From positions 11,107 through 75,106 of the IMG/VR virus record IMGVR_UViG_3300010356_000549: a DNA stretch of 64,000 bases. One strand, 5' to 3'. A program made the translations under genes and the position numbers. This document shows, one piece after another, positions 1 to 7,766 of the stretch. The stretch's first letter is position 1, and the number at the start of each line of letters is the position of its first letter. Below the pieces are notes generated by a model. That model saw only the letters and a program-made list of their open reading frames with translations, had not been told where the DNA came from and did not search any database. This DNA comes from a virus (Duplodnaviria > Caudoviricetes).

Positions 1-300
1 GAGAGTGACGAGAGGGTGCTTTCGAAGCGTCCCAGCTTCACTCCCCTAGCTATTGGGGCGGAGGAGCCGGGGGATGCGGAGGGGCTTTCTCCCGGCATCC
101 TACGCATCGACATAAATTGGTCCCCCGAACCTCCGGTTGATCTGGAGGAAGAACCCACTTGGCTGTTTGACAATCCTTATGTGGAGTCCCCCGAGCCAAT
201 CAAGCCTAAGCCTAAGGCCAAGGCCAAGGCCAAGGCACCCGCCAAGGCCACACCTAAAAAATCCACTATAAAAAAGGCGGCTCCCGCTTGCAAAACATGA
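1..300 (+). CDS. Hypothetical protein with Lys/Ala/Pro-rich C-terminus (frame open from base 1, so may be 5'-truncated or start at GTG 16)
   Basis: Frame 1 has no stop from base 1 to TGA at 298-300; tail PKPKAKAKAKAPAKATPKK. Confidence 0.55.
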   Translation, partial: ESDERVLSKRPSFTPLAIGAEEPGDAEGLSPGILRIDINWSPEPPVDLEEEPTWLFDNPYVESPEPIKPKPKAKAKAKAPAKATPKKSTIKKAAPACKT

Positions 301-315
301 CGATGACTTTATCCT
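288..315 (+). promoter_or_regulatory. Sigma70-like promoter for the lipoprotein gene
   Basis: TTGCAA(288-293)-16 nt-TATCCT(310-315). Inverted repeat CCTTGCG-GT-CGCAAGG (313-328) overlaps the predicted start site. Confidence 0.55.
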
Positions 316-355
316 TGCGGTCGCAAGGTAAATACAACCAAGCAATAGAACAAAA

Positions 356-1102
356 ATGAAGAATAAAATTATAACGTTGGCGGCCATATTGGCCGGAGTA
401 GGGTTAAGCATGATGATGGTAGGGTGTGATGGACCTCATCCGGTCCTTCCGGTTCCAGGGACCGTGACGGCTGCGGAGGCAGAGACTACCTACGATGACA
501 CCTATGTTTACGAACACAAGCTCACTGAGCCAATCGTGGTTGAAGACGGGGAGACATACGATGGATTGATTGACGGGAGGATGACCCGACTCAGCCGGGC
601 CGATGCCGACCCTATTGCCATCAAAAACATTCGAGGGGAGCTACTACACAACCAAGCTGGGATTGTCATGGAGTTAAAGCCGGGAGCCATAGTCAAGAAC
701 GTCATTATTGCTGAGAATTGCCAGATTGATGCAGTCCTAGCGGGGCGGATGAATATTTACCTTGAAAACGTGGAGTGGGAAGATTGTGCCGTGAATGTCA
801 TTACCAAAGATTCACCGGGTTACCTATCATTGACCAATTGCCATGGACAAGCCAGTATTACCTATGCACCTAACATTAGTGAGGCCGGGCCGGGAAACGG
901 ATCTCAGGAAATAGCGGAAGCCAAGCAGAGCAAGCCGAGCGATGACCTTAGCATCAGCAATGCACCGGATTACATGGGAAAGCGTTCTAAGTCAGCCTCA
1001 TCCGGGGTATCCGCACTCAAGCCCCCCAAATGGGTGCCGGGCAAGCCGTTCCAAAACTGGAAGGCTCAAATTGCTTACCATAAGGCCAAGCAAGCCTCCT
1101 AG
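356..1102 (+). CDS. Lipoprotein with a pectate lyase family 3 (PL3)-like beta-helix segment
   Basis: Signal peptide ending ...MMMVG-C. PIVVEDGETYDG and ELKPGAIVKNVII...LENVEWEDC resemble the PL3 consensus (.VPAGQTFDG; ELEDGATLKNVII...LENVWWEDV.EDA). Confidence 0.6.
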   Translation: MKNKIITLAAILAGVGLSMMMVGCDGPHPVLPVPGTVTAAEAETTYDDTYVYEHKLTEPIVVEDGETYDGLIDGRMTRLSRADADPIAIKNIRGELLHNQAGIVMELKPGAIVKNVIIAENCQIDAVLAGRMNIYLENVEWEDCAVNVITKDSPGYLSLTNCHGQASITYAPNISEAGPGNGSQEIAEAKQSKPSDDLSISNAPDYMGKRSKSASSGVSALKPPKWVPGKPFQNWKAQIAYHKAKQAS

Positions 1103-1124
1103 AATCAATAGAATCCCATCCCCC

Positions 1125-1152
1125 AAACCCGTCAGAAATGGCGGGTTTTTTT
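1125..1152 (+). terminator. Rho-independent terminator
   Basis: Stem AAACCCGTC / GGCGGGTTT, 6-nt loop, T-tract. Confidence 0.85.
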
Positions 1153-1193
1153 GTGTCCCTGAATATTAGTTAAAATAAATTACTTTTTTTCTC

Positions 1194-1222
1194 TTTACTA
1201 ATAAGGGTTAAGGGTTTATAAT
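1194..1222 (+). promoter_or_regulatory. Sigma70-like promoter, predicted leaderless transcript
   Basis: TTTACT-17-TATAAT; ATG at 1228 is 5 nt after the -10 hexamer. Confidence 0.75.
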
Positions 1223-1227
1223 GTGTT

Positions 1228-1509
1228 ATGGGAATAAATATAAATGTGGAAGGGATGGCGGCATTCACGGTACGTGAATTACTGCTCATGGGTCAACTGG
1301 CTAAGGCTGGCAGGGGGATGACGTGCAGTGAGCTGCGGCCTATGCTAGAAACCAGCTTATCGGGAATCACGTCAATCTGCCTCAGCTTGGAACGGCGGGG
1401 GCTGGTGATGCGTTCCAAGAGCGATCACCCGAAGTCGGCGGATAGGAGATGTGTCCACGTCCACTTAACGGAGGCCGGGGCGAAGCTCATCAACGATAAA
1501 CTGGTATGA
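1228..1509 (+). CDS. MarR-type winged helix-turn-helix regulator
   Basis: MTCSELRPML...SGITSICLSLERRGLVMR...DRRCVHVHLTEAG matches the MarR wing motif (DRR...V.LT..G). Confidence 0.85.
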   Translation: MGININVEGMAAFTVRELLLMGQLAKAGRGMTCSELRPMLETSLSGITSICLSLERRGLVMRSKSDHPKSADRRCVHVHLTEAGAKLINDKLV

Positions 1510-1760
1510 CAACAGTGGAGTTAGAGAAGCTGGTAGAGGCAAGCGTCTGCTGCCTTATTTCACAGAAATTCCATGACCTTACCTTTTCCGACAGCCTTCA
1601 ATGCCGCTTGGCTCATAATGAGATAACCGTCGTTGAACTTAAAGAGGTGTTCATGGCCGGGGTAAATGCGGTGCGGGTGGCCACAGGGGCGGCACTGCTG
1701 CCTTTGGAGGCGGCGGAGTTGGCTCTGGAGGAGCTGCGGAGACAAGAGGATATCCTCTGA
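1506..1760 (+). CDS. Hypothetical protein
   Basis: ATGA overlap with the upstream gene; 84 aa. Confidence 0.6.
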   Translation: MTTVELEKLVEASVCCLISQKFHDLTFSDSLQCRLAHNEITVVELKEVFMAGVNAVRVATGAALLPLEAAELALEELRRQEDIL

Positions 1761-1764
1761 TACC

Positions 1765-2076
1765 ATGAGGAAAATTGAGGAGGAAGAGGAGTGGCTTAAG
1801 CTCATTGCGAAGCCCAAAAAGAAGAGGGTCAAGAAGGCCAAGGCCATGAATCAGGTTGAGGCGGCCAGGATCGTTGCGCAGGCGACCAACGCCAGTGCTA
1901 ATACGGTCAAGGCGTGGTGGCGTAAAAACAAGGTGGCTGCCTCTCTAACTCTGGCCGAAGCGGTATTGAGGTCCGTTTGGCTGGGGCAGGCGGTTAGGGT
2001 GGGGCGACTCACCATCCGGGTGTGGGTAACTAAGGAGGACTCCATAGCGGATATTGAGGAGAAATTGATGGATTGA
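1765..2076 (+). CDS. Hypothetical basic protein (possible DNA-binding); start revised to ATG 1765
   Basis: In frame with the called ORF 1666-2076; ATG 4 nt after the upstream stop; helical, Lys-rich. Confidence 0.55.
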   Translation: MRKIEEEEEWLKLIAKPKKKRVKKAKAMNQVEAARIVAQATNASANTVKAWWRKNKVAASLTLAEAVLRSVWLGQAVRVGRLTIRVWVTKEDSIADIEEKLMD

Positions 2077-2100
2077 CACGGGGACGAGGCAGGGTAACCT
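2073..2100 (+). promoter_or_regulatory. Sigma70-like promoter
   Basis: TTGACA(2073-2078)-16-TAACCT(2095-2100). Confidence 0.55.
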
Positions 2101-2125
2101 AAGGAGTCGTGTTATTGCCTAGTGG

Positions 2126-2168
2126 AACCCAGCGGATTGTGGCGCAAGCTCGTCCGCTGGGTTTTTTT
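2126..2168 (+). terminator. Rho-independent terminator
   Basis: 11-bp perfect stem AACCCAGCGGA / TCCGCTGGGTT followed by a T-tract. Confidence 0.85.
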
Positions 2169-2169
2169 A

Positions 2170-2197
2170 TTGACGCTGCGGAACTTTGAACTATCGT
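2170..2197 (+). promoter_or_regulatory. Sigma70-like promoter of terS, predicted leaderless
   Basis: TTGACG-16-TATCGT; ATG 2203 is 5 nt downstream of the -10. Confidence 0.6.
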
Positions 2198-2202
2198 GGG
2201 GC

Positions 2203-2748
2203 ATGACTACCAAGAAAAGCCCTGCCAGATCGCGCACTAAGCCTAAGGATAACACCAAGGTTAAGGAGGACACGATCAGGCGGAAGAATCGAATGTTGAA
2301 AGCCTTGGCGGATACCAAGGGGAACATCTCAGCGGCCTGTGACCGGGTGGGGGTGGACCGCATTACCCACTACCGCTACATGGAGAACGACCCTGCCTAT
2401 GCCAGCAAGGTTAAGGAGGTCGAGGAGAGGTTGGTGGAGACGATTGAATCCCTGTTCATCAAATCGACGGTCAAGGCCGATGACAGGCGTTCGATGAAGT
2501 GGATTCTGGAGCGGTTGAACCGGGCGCGTTGGGGTAAAGTTGAGACTCACGAATTGTCCGGGCCGGGCGGGGAGCCTATACGCACCGAGGGCACTATCAC
2601 GGTGGCGACCCTGCGCCAGTATATCCCTGACCAATCTTTATGCGATGCCGTTATCGACATGGCTCGCTCAAAACCTCGCGTGATTCAGCCGTCCTCTGGT
2701 GAGGCCGTGGCCAAGAAACGCGATGAGGATGAAATCGGAATGAACTAG
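2203..2748 (+). CDS. terS: Terminase small subunit (start revised to ATG 2203)
   Basis: N-terminal HTH (ALADTKGNISAACDRVGVDRITHYRY), C-terminal K.ETHELSGPGGEPI motif, position upstream of terL. Confidence 0.8.
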   Translation: MTTKKSPARSRTKPKDNTKVKEDTIRRKNRMLKALADTKGNISAACDRVGVDRITHYRYMENDPAYASKVKEVEERLVETIESLFIKSTVKADDRRSMKWILERLNRARWGKVETHELSGPGGEPIRTEGTITVATLRQYIPDQSLCDAVIDMARSKPRVIQPSSGEAVAKKRDEDEIGMN

Positions 2749-2760
2749 ACATATAAAAGC

Positions 2761-3459
2761 ATGAGCATGAAAAGAAAAGACACAAAAGGCAATCGCACGG
2801 CGACATTAGACGTGCGAGTAATGGCACTGGCAGACCTACAGGAGCACCCAAGGAATGCCGAGATACGCAAGCACCCAGCTCCGGGAACGGCTAAGTGGGA
2901 GACACTGAAGAAGTCGCTGAAACATGATTACTTTGATCCCATCGTGCTCAACCTAAGGAACGGCCAACTGGTATCGGGCCACCTGCGCAGGCGCGTGATG
3001 ATGGAGGATGACATGTACACCCATGCGAGTGTGGTGTGTGTGGATTATGATGAACCCACCCACATGGCGAGAATGTTGGCGGCCAACAAAAGCGTGGGGG
3101 ACAACGACCTTGAGGGTCTCAAACAATGGTTCTCGGAGTTCTCGACCATTGATGACTTTAATTTTGACATAACGGGCTTTGACATGGGGGAGATTGACGG
3201 GATGGGTAACTTTGACCCTGCTTTCGACTTTGACGACGAGGATGACACGACCGGGGAGCCGCCACCAGAGGCGGGGGAGGCTGATTACCGGGGGATTCGC
3301 TACCTTCAACTCATCTACTCACCGGAGGAGTATGAGGAGATCCAGACCTTGATTGCTGCCTACAAAAAGGCAAAAAACAAGGAGCTGACAGCTACCTTCG
3401 GGGACGACTGTAATGACTTCGCAAACATCGTGCTCCACCTGTTTCGTCATGCAAGTTAA
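2761..3459 (+). CDS. ParB N-terminal (ParBc) domain protein with acidic linker and possible ribbon-helix-helix C-terminus
   Basis: LADLQEHPRNA...LKKSL....DPIVLN...LVSGHLR (ParB GxxR motif); C-terminal strand-helix-helix pattern IRYLQLIY-SPEEYEEIQTLI-...-FANIVLHL. Confidence 0.8.
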   Translation: MSMKRKDTKGNRTATLDVRVMALADLQEHPRNAEIRKHPAPGTAKWETLKKSLKHDYFDPIVLNLRNGQLVSGHLRRRVMMEDDMYTHASVVCVDYDEPTHMARMLAANKSVGDNDLEGLKQWFSEFSTIDDFNFDITGFDMGEIDGMGNFDPAFDFDDEDDTTGEPPPEAGEADYRGIRYLQLIYSPEEYEEIQTLIAAYKKAKNKELTATFGDDCNDFANIVLHLFRHAS

Positions 3460-4429
3460 GCGTATCCGAGAGCTTCCCTTCCGGGAGGTTTACCTGCCTC
3501 CGTGCCTCACTGAGGCGGAGACAAACGCCAAGCTCGGCACCCTACTAAATGATTCCGACTTTGATGAGGACAAAATTTTCCGGGAGAACGTCAATGCCTA
3601 CTGTGCCGAGACAAAGGCTCCCCTTTTTTTCTTGCGGAGGGGGATTATCTCAAAGGAGCTGGTCGTCACCGCATTCAACTCGTTCCTTAAAGCGGCTGGC
3701 AAATCTTACAACCGAGGCATGGCGTCTGGTTCTGACCCTGGGGAGGAAGCCCTGTCTGAATTGCTGAGGCTAACCGGGGCAGTGGCTTACCGTAAAGCCA
3801 AAGGCAACGCTACCCGCTATGAGGTGCTGTGCTCTGACGGGAGCTGGTCAAACACGTCCTATGCGGCTCCCATAAACTCAGGGGTGGCGGGATTTTACCC
3901 CAAGACACCCCGAGTGCCTTACTGCCGATTGACGGCATTCACTCAGAACCATGTGGAGGAGTTCCGGGCCGGGCTGCCCTTGGTGCATTTGGTGGATAAT
4001 GTTTACAAGGCGCTGGTTCCTGACAGCTATGCGCTTCAACGGGAGGAAGCTAACCGAACATCACCGGACTTTGTGATCAAAGACACGTCTTTCACCACCA
4101 TCACGGTCAACAAAAACTGGCAGACAGCATGCCATACCGATAAAGGCGACTTCGAGCAGGGCTTTGGGAATTTGGTGGCTCTGCGCAAGGGGAAATACTC
4201 CGGGGGATTCACTATTCTGCCAAGATACCGGGCCGGGGTGGACCTACAAAACGGTGACGTGCTGCTGATGGACGTTCATAAGGTGCATGGGAACAGCAAG
4301 ATCGTGAAGATGGCACCGGGGGCGGTCAGGCTTTCCTTAGTGCATTATTACCGGGCGGACATGATTAATTGTGGCACGCAGAAGGATGAGCTGGAGGAAG
4401 CCAGACGCAAACGTCAAAAGCTGCTATGA
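3449..4429 (+). CDS. TET/JBP-family 2-oxoglutarate/Fe(II) dioxygenase, paralog 1 (start revised to ATG 3449)
   Basis: FTTITVNKNWQTACHTDKGD (HxD), MDVHKVHGN (distal His), RLSLVHYYR (2OG-binding Arg) in the double-stranded beta-helix arrangement. Confidence 0.85.
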   Translation: MQVKRIRELPFREVYLPPCLTEAETNAKLGTLLNDSDFDEDKIFRENVNAYCAETKAPLFFLRRGIISKELVVTAFNSFLKAAGKSYNRGMASGSDPGEEALSELLRLTGAVAYRKAKGNATRYEVLCSDGSWSNTSYAAPINSGVAGFYPKTPRVPYCRLTAFTQNHVEEFRAGLPLVHLVDNVYKALVPDSYALQREEANRTSPDFVIKDTSFTTITVNKNWQTACHTDKGDFEQGFGNLVALRKGKYSGGFTILPRYRAGVDLQNGDVLLMDVHKVHGNSKIVKMAPGAVRLSLVHYYRADMINCGTQKDELEEARRKRQKLL

Positions 4430-4827
4430 TCATCCGCAAATTCAGCCGCTCTGACGAGGCATGGATTAAGCCGATATGGATTCAGGGAGAAAAAATGGGT
4501 GCCTTCGGTGCCTTTTTCTTCATGTGGAGCGGCTTAGTGCAGGGCAGGCCCAAAGGAGTCGACGCCGTCGTATGTCAGGGCAAGGGGTTTATGCGGTTCG
4601 TGAATAAAAACGGGGTATGTGAGGTCAAGGAAATCATAGTTGCCGAGTCTGCCCGTCGTCAAGGCGTGGGGCGAGCATTACTTGAGGAGCTGCCAAGACC
4701 TATCGTGCTGGAGACCAATGAATGGAACGAGAGCAGCCTGCTATTCTACAAGAGTTTGGGCTTTCAACAAAAAGGATCAAGAAGGACGCCCAAAGGTAAG
4801 GTCTTGATCCAGCTAGTGAGGAAATAA
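4426..4827 (+). CDS. GNAT-family acetyltransferase
   Basis: Acetyl-CoA motif A IIVAESARRQGVGRALL; motif B SLLFYKSLGF. Confidence 0.9.
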   Translation: MIIRKFSRSDEAWIKPIWIQGEKMGAFGAFFFMWSGLVQGRPKGVDAVVCQGKGFMRFVNKNGVCEVKEIIVAESARRQGVGRALLEELPRPIVLETNEWNESSLLFYKSLGFQQKGSRRTPKGKVLIQLVRK

Positions 4828-4828
4828 C

Positions 4829-5431
4829 ATGTGTGGAGTCGTTGCGTGGATAAAGGGAGGCCGGAGAAGCGTGCCGGGGATTTGTAAATTGCTGGAGGAG
4901 TCCGCTATCCGAGGAGTTCATTCATTTGGTTTTTATGGGCCGGGTGGCACCTCCAAGCACCATAGGCTGGCGGAGGCCGTGAAGCAAATGCCCATGGCAC
5001 CGTTCATCTTCCATAACCGTTATTCCACCTCAGGGGACTGGGATGACCATAATAACAATCAACCCATCATCTCCGGGAGCGTGGGAATGGCCTTTAACGG
5101 GACTTTGGATATGAGAACCAAGGAGGAGATGGAGGCGGCCCACGGGGTCAAGATGCGGACCTACAATGATGGGGAGCTTGCGTTGCTGGCTTACCTCAAG
5201 GGGGGCGACCGGGGGCTGATGGACTTTATCGAAGAGACGGGAGGCTCATTCGCAGGCGTGTTCTTGGAGCCGGGGAGACTGTTCGCATACCGGAATACCA
5301 AGCGACCCTTATGGGTGGTGGATGAGGGGAGTCTTGCTGTCATAGCGTCCACTCAGGATATCCTCTCGCGGGCGGGCTTTAACGGGGCTGAGGAATTGGA
5401 GGCAGGGGAAATACACTCATGGACACTGTAA
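4829..5431 (+). CDS. Class II (Ntn) glutamine amidotransferase-like protein
   Basis: N-terminal MCG nucleophile Cys; RG.HSFG; FHNRYST; NNQP; FNGTL; NDGE; R..KRPL. Confidence 0.9.
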   Translation: MCGVVAWIKGGRRSVPGICKLLEESAIRGVHSFGFYGPGGTSKHHRLAEAVKQMPMAPFIFHNRYSTSGDWDDHNNNQPIISGSVGMAFNGTLDMRTKEEMEAAHGVKMRTYNDGELALLAYLKGGDRGLMDFIEETGGSFAGVFLEPGRLFAYRNTKRPLWVVDEGSLAVIASTQDILSRAGFNGAEELEAGEIHSWTL

Positions 5432-6318
5432 ACAGATATTTGGAGTATCACCTCCGATCCGCCAAAGAACGGGATATTGATCCGGCCAACGATGCGCTGA
5501 GATATTTGTCAAACCGTTTTGAGCTAAACAGGGAACAAAGGTATTGGTTGGCCTTCCTTTATGCCACCTGCTACTCCTCCACGACTGCCTACTACATGTA
5601 CAATGAGTTCCCCGACTTTGAGACGGTGGACCCAAAGCGCATGACCAGATGGTGGGAAGCTAACCGGGACAAGCTGCTGTTTCAGACCGACAGGAGATGG
5701 ACACGCAGCCGGAATCAATGGGTGGATTGCTTCCTCTCTTACCGCTCCTTAGTGGGGAGCGTAGGGAGCCAACACGCACTATTCAAGAGTGCCCTACGAC
5801 GCGCAGGAGGGTGTAATCGAGGTGCCTACGACATAGCCTTCTCCCTCAGTAGCACCATCTTCACGTTTGGGAGGTTTACCCTATTCCTGTATCTGGATGC
5901 CATAAATGCCATCACGGAAACATCGTTGAATCCACATAGCCTAGACTTAGTCAACGCTGCCTCTAGCCGGGGAGGATTGGCCTTCGCAGTAGGGATGAGT
6001 GTAGAGAGTAAAGATTACCCCAAACTCAATCGCAAGTTTAAGGAGTTGGAGGTGGCCGTGGGGGGGCTACCTATAGATGACCAGTTCAAGACGGTGTGGG
6101 CTATGGAAACTTGCCTGTGCGCCTTCCGCAAACACTGCCAGGGGAATAAACGATGGGTTGGCTACTACATCGAGAGGCAGCGCAAGGAGCTGGAGGCGAT
6201 GCAGGAAAAGGTTGCGACGGGGGTGAATTGGGACGTTTTGTGGGACTTTAGGGCGGAAACGTATAAGGATAAGCATCTTAAAAATGAAAAACGTAAAATT
6301 AATAGCAGTTGGAGGTGA
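5419..6318 (+). CDS. Amino acid:DNA transferase (aGPT-Pplase/AADT family, helix-hairpin-helix glycosylase-like fold)
   Basis: RYWLAFLYATCY, LLFQTDRRW, FGRFTLFLYLD and METCLCAFRK resemble phage thymidine-hypermodification AADTs; adjacent to a P-loop kinase. Confidence 0.7.
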   Translation: MDTVNRYLEYHLRSAKERDIDPANDALRYLSNRFELNREQRYWLAFLYATCYSSTTAYYMYNEFPDFETVDPKRMTRWWEANRDKLLFQTDRRWTRSRNQWVDCFLSYRSLVGSVGSQHALFKSALRRAGGCNRGAYDIAFSLSSTIFTFGRFTLFLYLDAINAITETSLNPHSLDLVNAASSRGGLAFAVGMSVESKDYPKLNRKFKELEVAVGGLPIDDQFKTVWAMETCLCAFRKHCQGNKRWVGYYIERQRKELEAMQEKVATGVNWDVLWDFRAETYKDKHLKNEKRKINSSWR

Positions 6319-6826
6319 GCCAGCCAGCGGGAAGACATCGGTATTTCGACATGTCCAGAGCAAGCTGGCACCGATGGGGCGGGAGTTCCGTTACAAGCTG
6401 GTCAGGGGCAGGATGAATGCGGCGGGCGACGTGCTTATGCTGGGGGTGTTTGACGGCTCCTTACATGAGGGGACAGACAAGCTGAGTATGGCGGTTCAGC
6501 CGGACCTTTTGGCGTTCCTGGATGTGCTGGAGGCCAAGGGTAAAAAAGTGGTGATAGTCTTTGAAGGGGACAGGTTATTCAACGGGGCGCTGTTTGATAA
6601 GGTGGAAGAGGACTGTTCGCTGTTTGTCTTGACAACCAACAGGCAAGCGGAGAACATACGAGCGAGGGGGACGAACCAGACAGACGCCTTCCTCCTATCC
6701 AAAAAAACCAAGGTTGCGAACATCTGTAAACGGTTTAAGCATACCCCAATAGAGAACAATCACCCGGAGTCTATGGAGGAGGCGGCGGAGGTGATCGTGA
6801 AGGAAATCAAAAGGCTCCTCTCATAA
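6284..6826 (+). CDS. P-loop nucleotide kinase, likely 5-hydroxymethyluracil DNA kinase
   Basis: Walker A GGEPASGKTS, GTDKLSM, IVFEGDRL, R.RGTNQ...F...KKTK; directly downstream of the AADT. Confidence 0.7.
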   Translation: MKNVKLIAVGGEPASGKTSVFRHVQSKLAPMGREFRYKLVRGRMNAAGDVLMLGVFDGSLHEGTDKLSMAVQPDLLAFLDVLEAKGKKVVIVFEGDRLFNGALFDKVEEDCSLFVLTTNRQAENIRARGTNQTDAFLLSKKTKVANICKRFKHTPIENNHPESMEEAAEVIVKEIKRLLS

Positions 6827-6830
6827 GGCC

Positions 6831-7766
6831 ATGGAGACAATCAAAAGAAACAAGGTATTAACGGACAGCGACACTGCGGCAATGGAGGGCTCGACCCTGC
6901 GCAAAAAACCATCTATGGTCATTAAGGGGGGGCACCCCCTTGGGGTTTTTTGTGCCGATACCGGGAGCTGCCTGCTCAAGTATTTGCCACAAGTGGTCCC
7001 CCGAAAAATATGGCTGCCCGCCTATAATGCGCTCGAAGACGCAGCGACCATGTCGGATAACCGGGGGATGGCGTCCGGGGAGCTGGATGACGAGGAGGCC
7101 ATGAAGCTGGCCATCCGGCAAGGCGGCATTGGTTTCCATAGGGTGAACAAATACCGCATCCAAGTGGTGTATGAGGGCAACAAGGTTAGCAGCGTGAACA
7201 GGTCAAAGCCATCCATGGGAGGCATAGTGGGATTCTTCGGGAGCGGCCCAAGACAGCCCTTCTGTAGGGTCACCGCCTATGCTCAGAAGGATTTTGTGAG
7301 GTTTAAACGATCATGGCCATTGGTTCGGGCGGTGAATAGCGTTTATCAAAAGGAGATGCCCCACAATTATGAGATACAGGAGGCAGCTTTGGCGGCTTCT
7401 AAAGGGCAGGATTTTATCATTACAGGGACGGCCTTCTCTACCCTGACAGTCAACCGCAATTTCCAAACGGCATGTCACTATGATCGGGGGGATTTTAAGG
7501 AGGGCTTCGGAAACCTGTTTGTCATACGCAAGGGGCAGTATGAGGGAGGCATTACCTGCTTCCCTCAGTATGACATGGGCGTGGACATGCAGACCGGGGA
7601 TGTGCTATTGATGGACGTTCACCGCCTTCACGGCAACACGCCTATCAAACCCAAGGAGCCGGGGGCGGTGCGGCTTGCCATTGTAATGTATCTAAGGGAA
7701 GACATTCTCAAGTGCTCCTCTATGGAGGAAGAGTTGAAAAAAGCCAGAATTGTTACCGCACTATGA
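6831..7766 (+). CDS. TET/JBP-family 2OG/Fe(II) dioxygenase, paralog 2
   Basis: FSTLTVNRNFQTACHYDRGD, MDVHRLHGN, RLAIVMYLR; clearly homologous to 3449-4429. Confidence 0.85.
   Translation: METIKRNKVLTDSDTAAMEGSTLRKKPSMVIKGGHPLGVFCADTGSCLLKYLPQVVPRKIWLPAYNALEDAATMSDNRGMASGELDDEEAMKLAIRQGGIGFHRVNKYRIQVVYEGNKVSSVNRSKPSMGGIVGFFGSGPRQPFCRVTAYAQKDFVRFKRSWPLVRAVNSVYQKEMPHNYEIQEAALAASKGQDFIITGTAFSTLTVNRNFQTACHYDRGDFKEGFGNLFVIRKGQYEGGITCFPQYDMGVDMQTGDVLLMDVHRLHGNTPIKPKEPGAVRLAIVMYLREDILKCSSMEEELKKARIVTAL

Noticed and set aside
2761-3459. ParB as a plasmid-prophage partition system
   Set aside because: No ParA seen, and the gene sits in the terminase/modification operon; kept only as a possible binder of the dispersed motif
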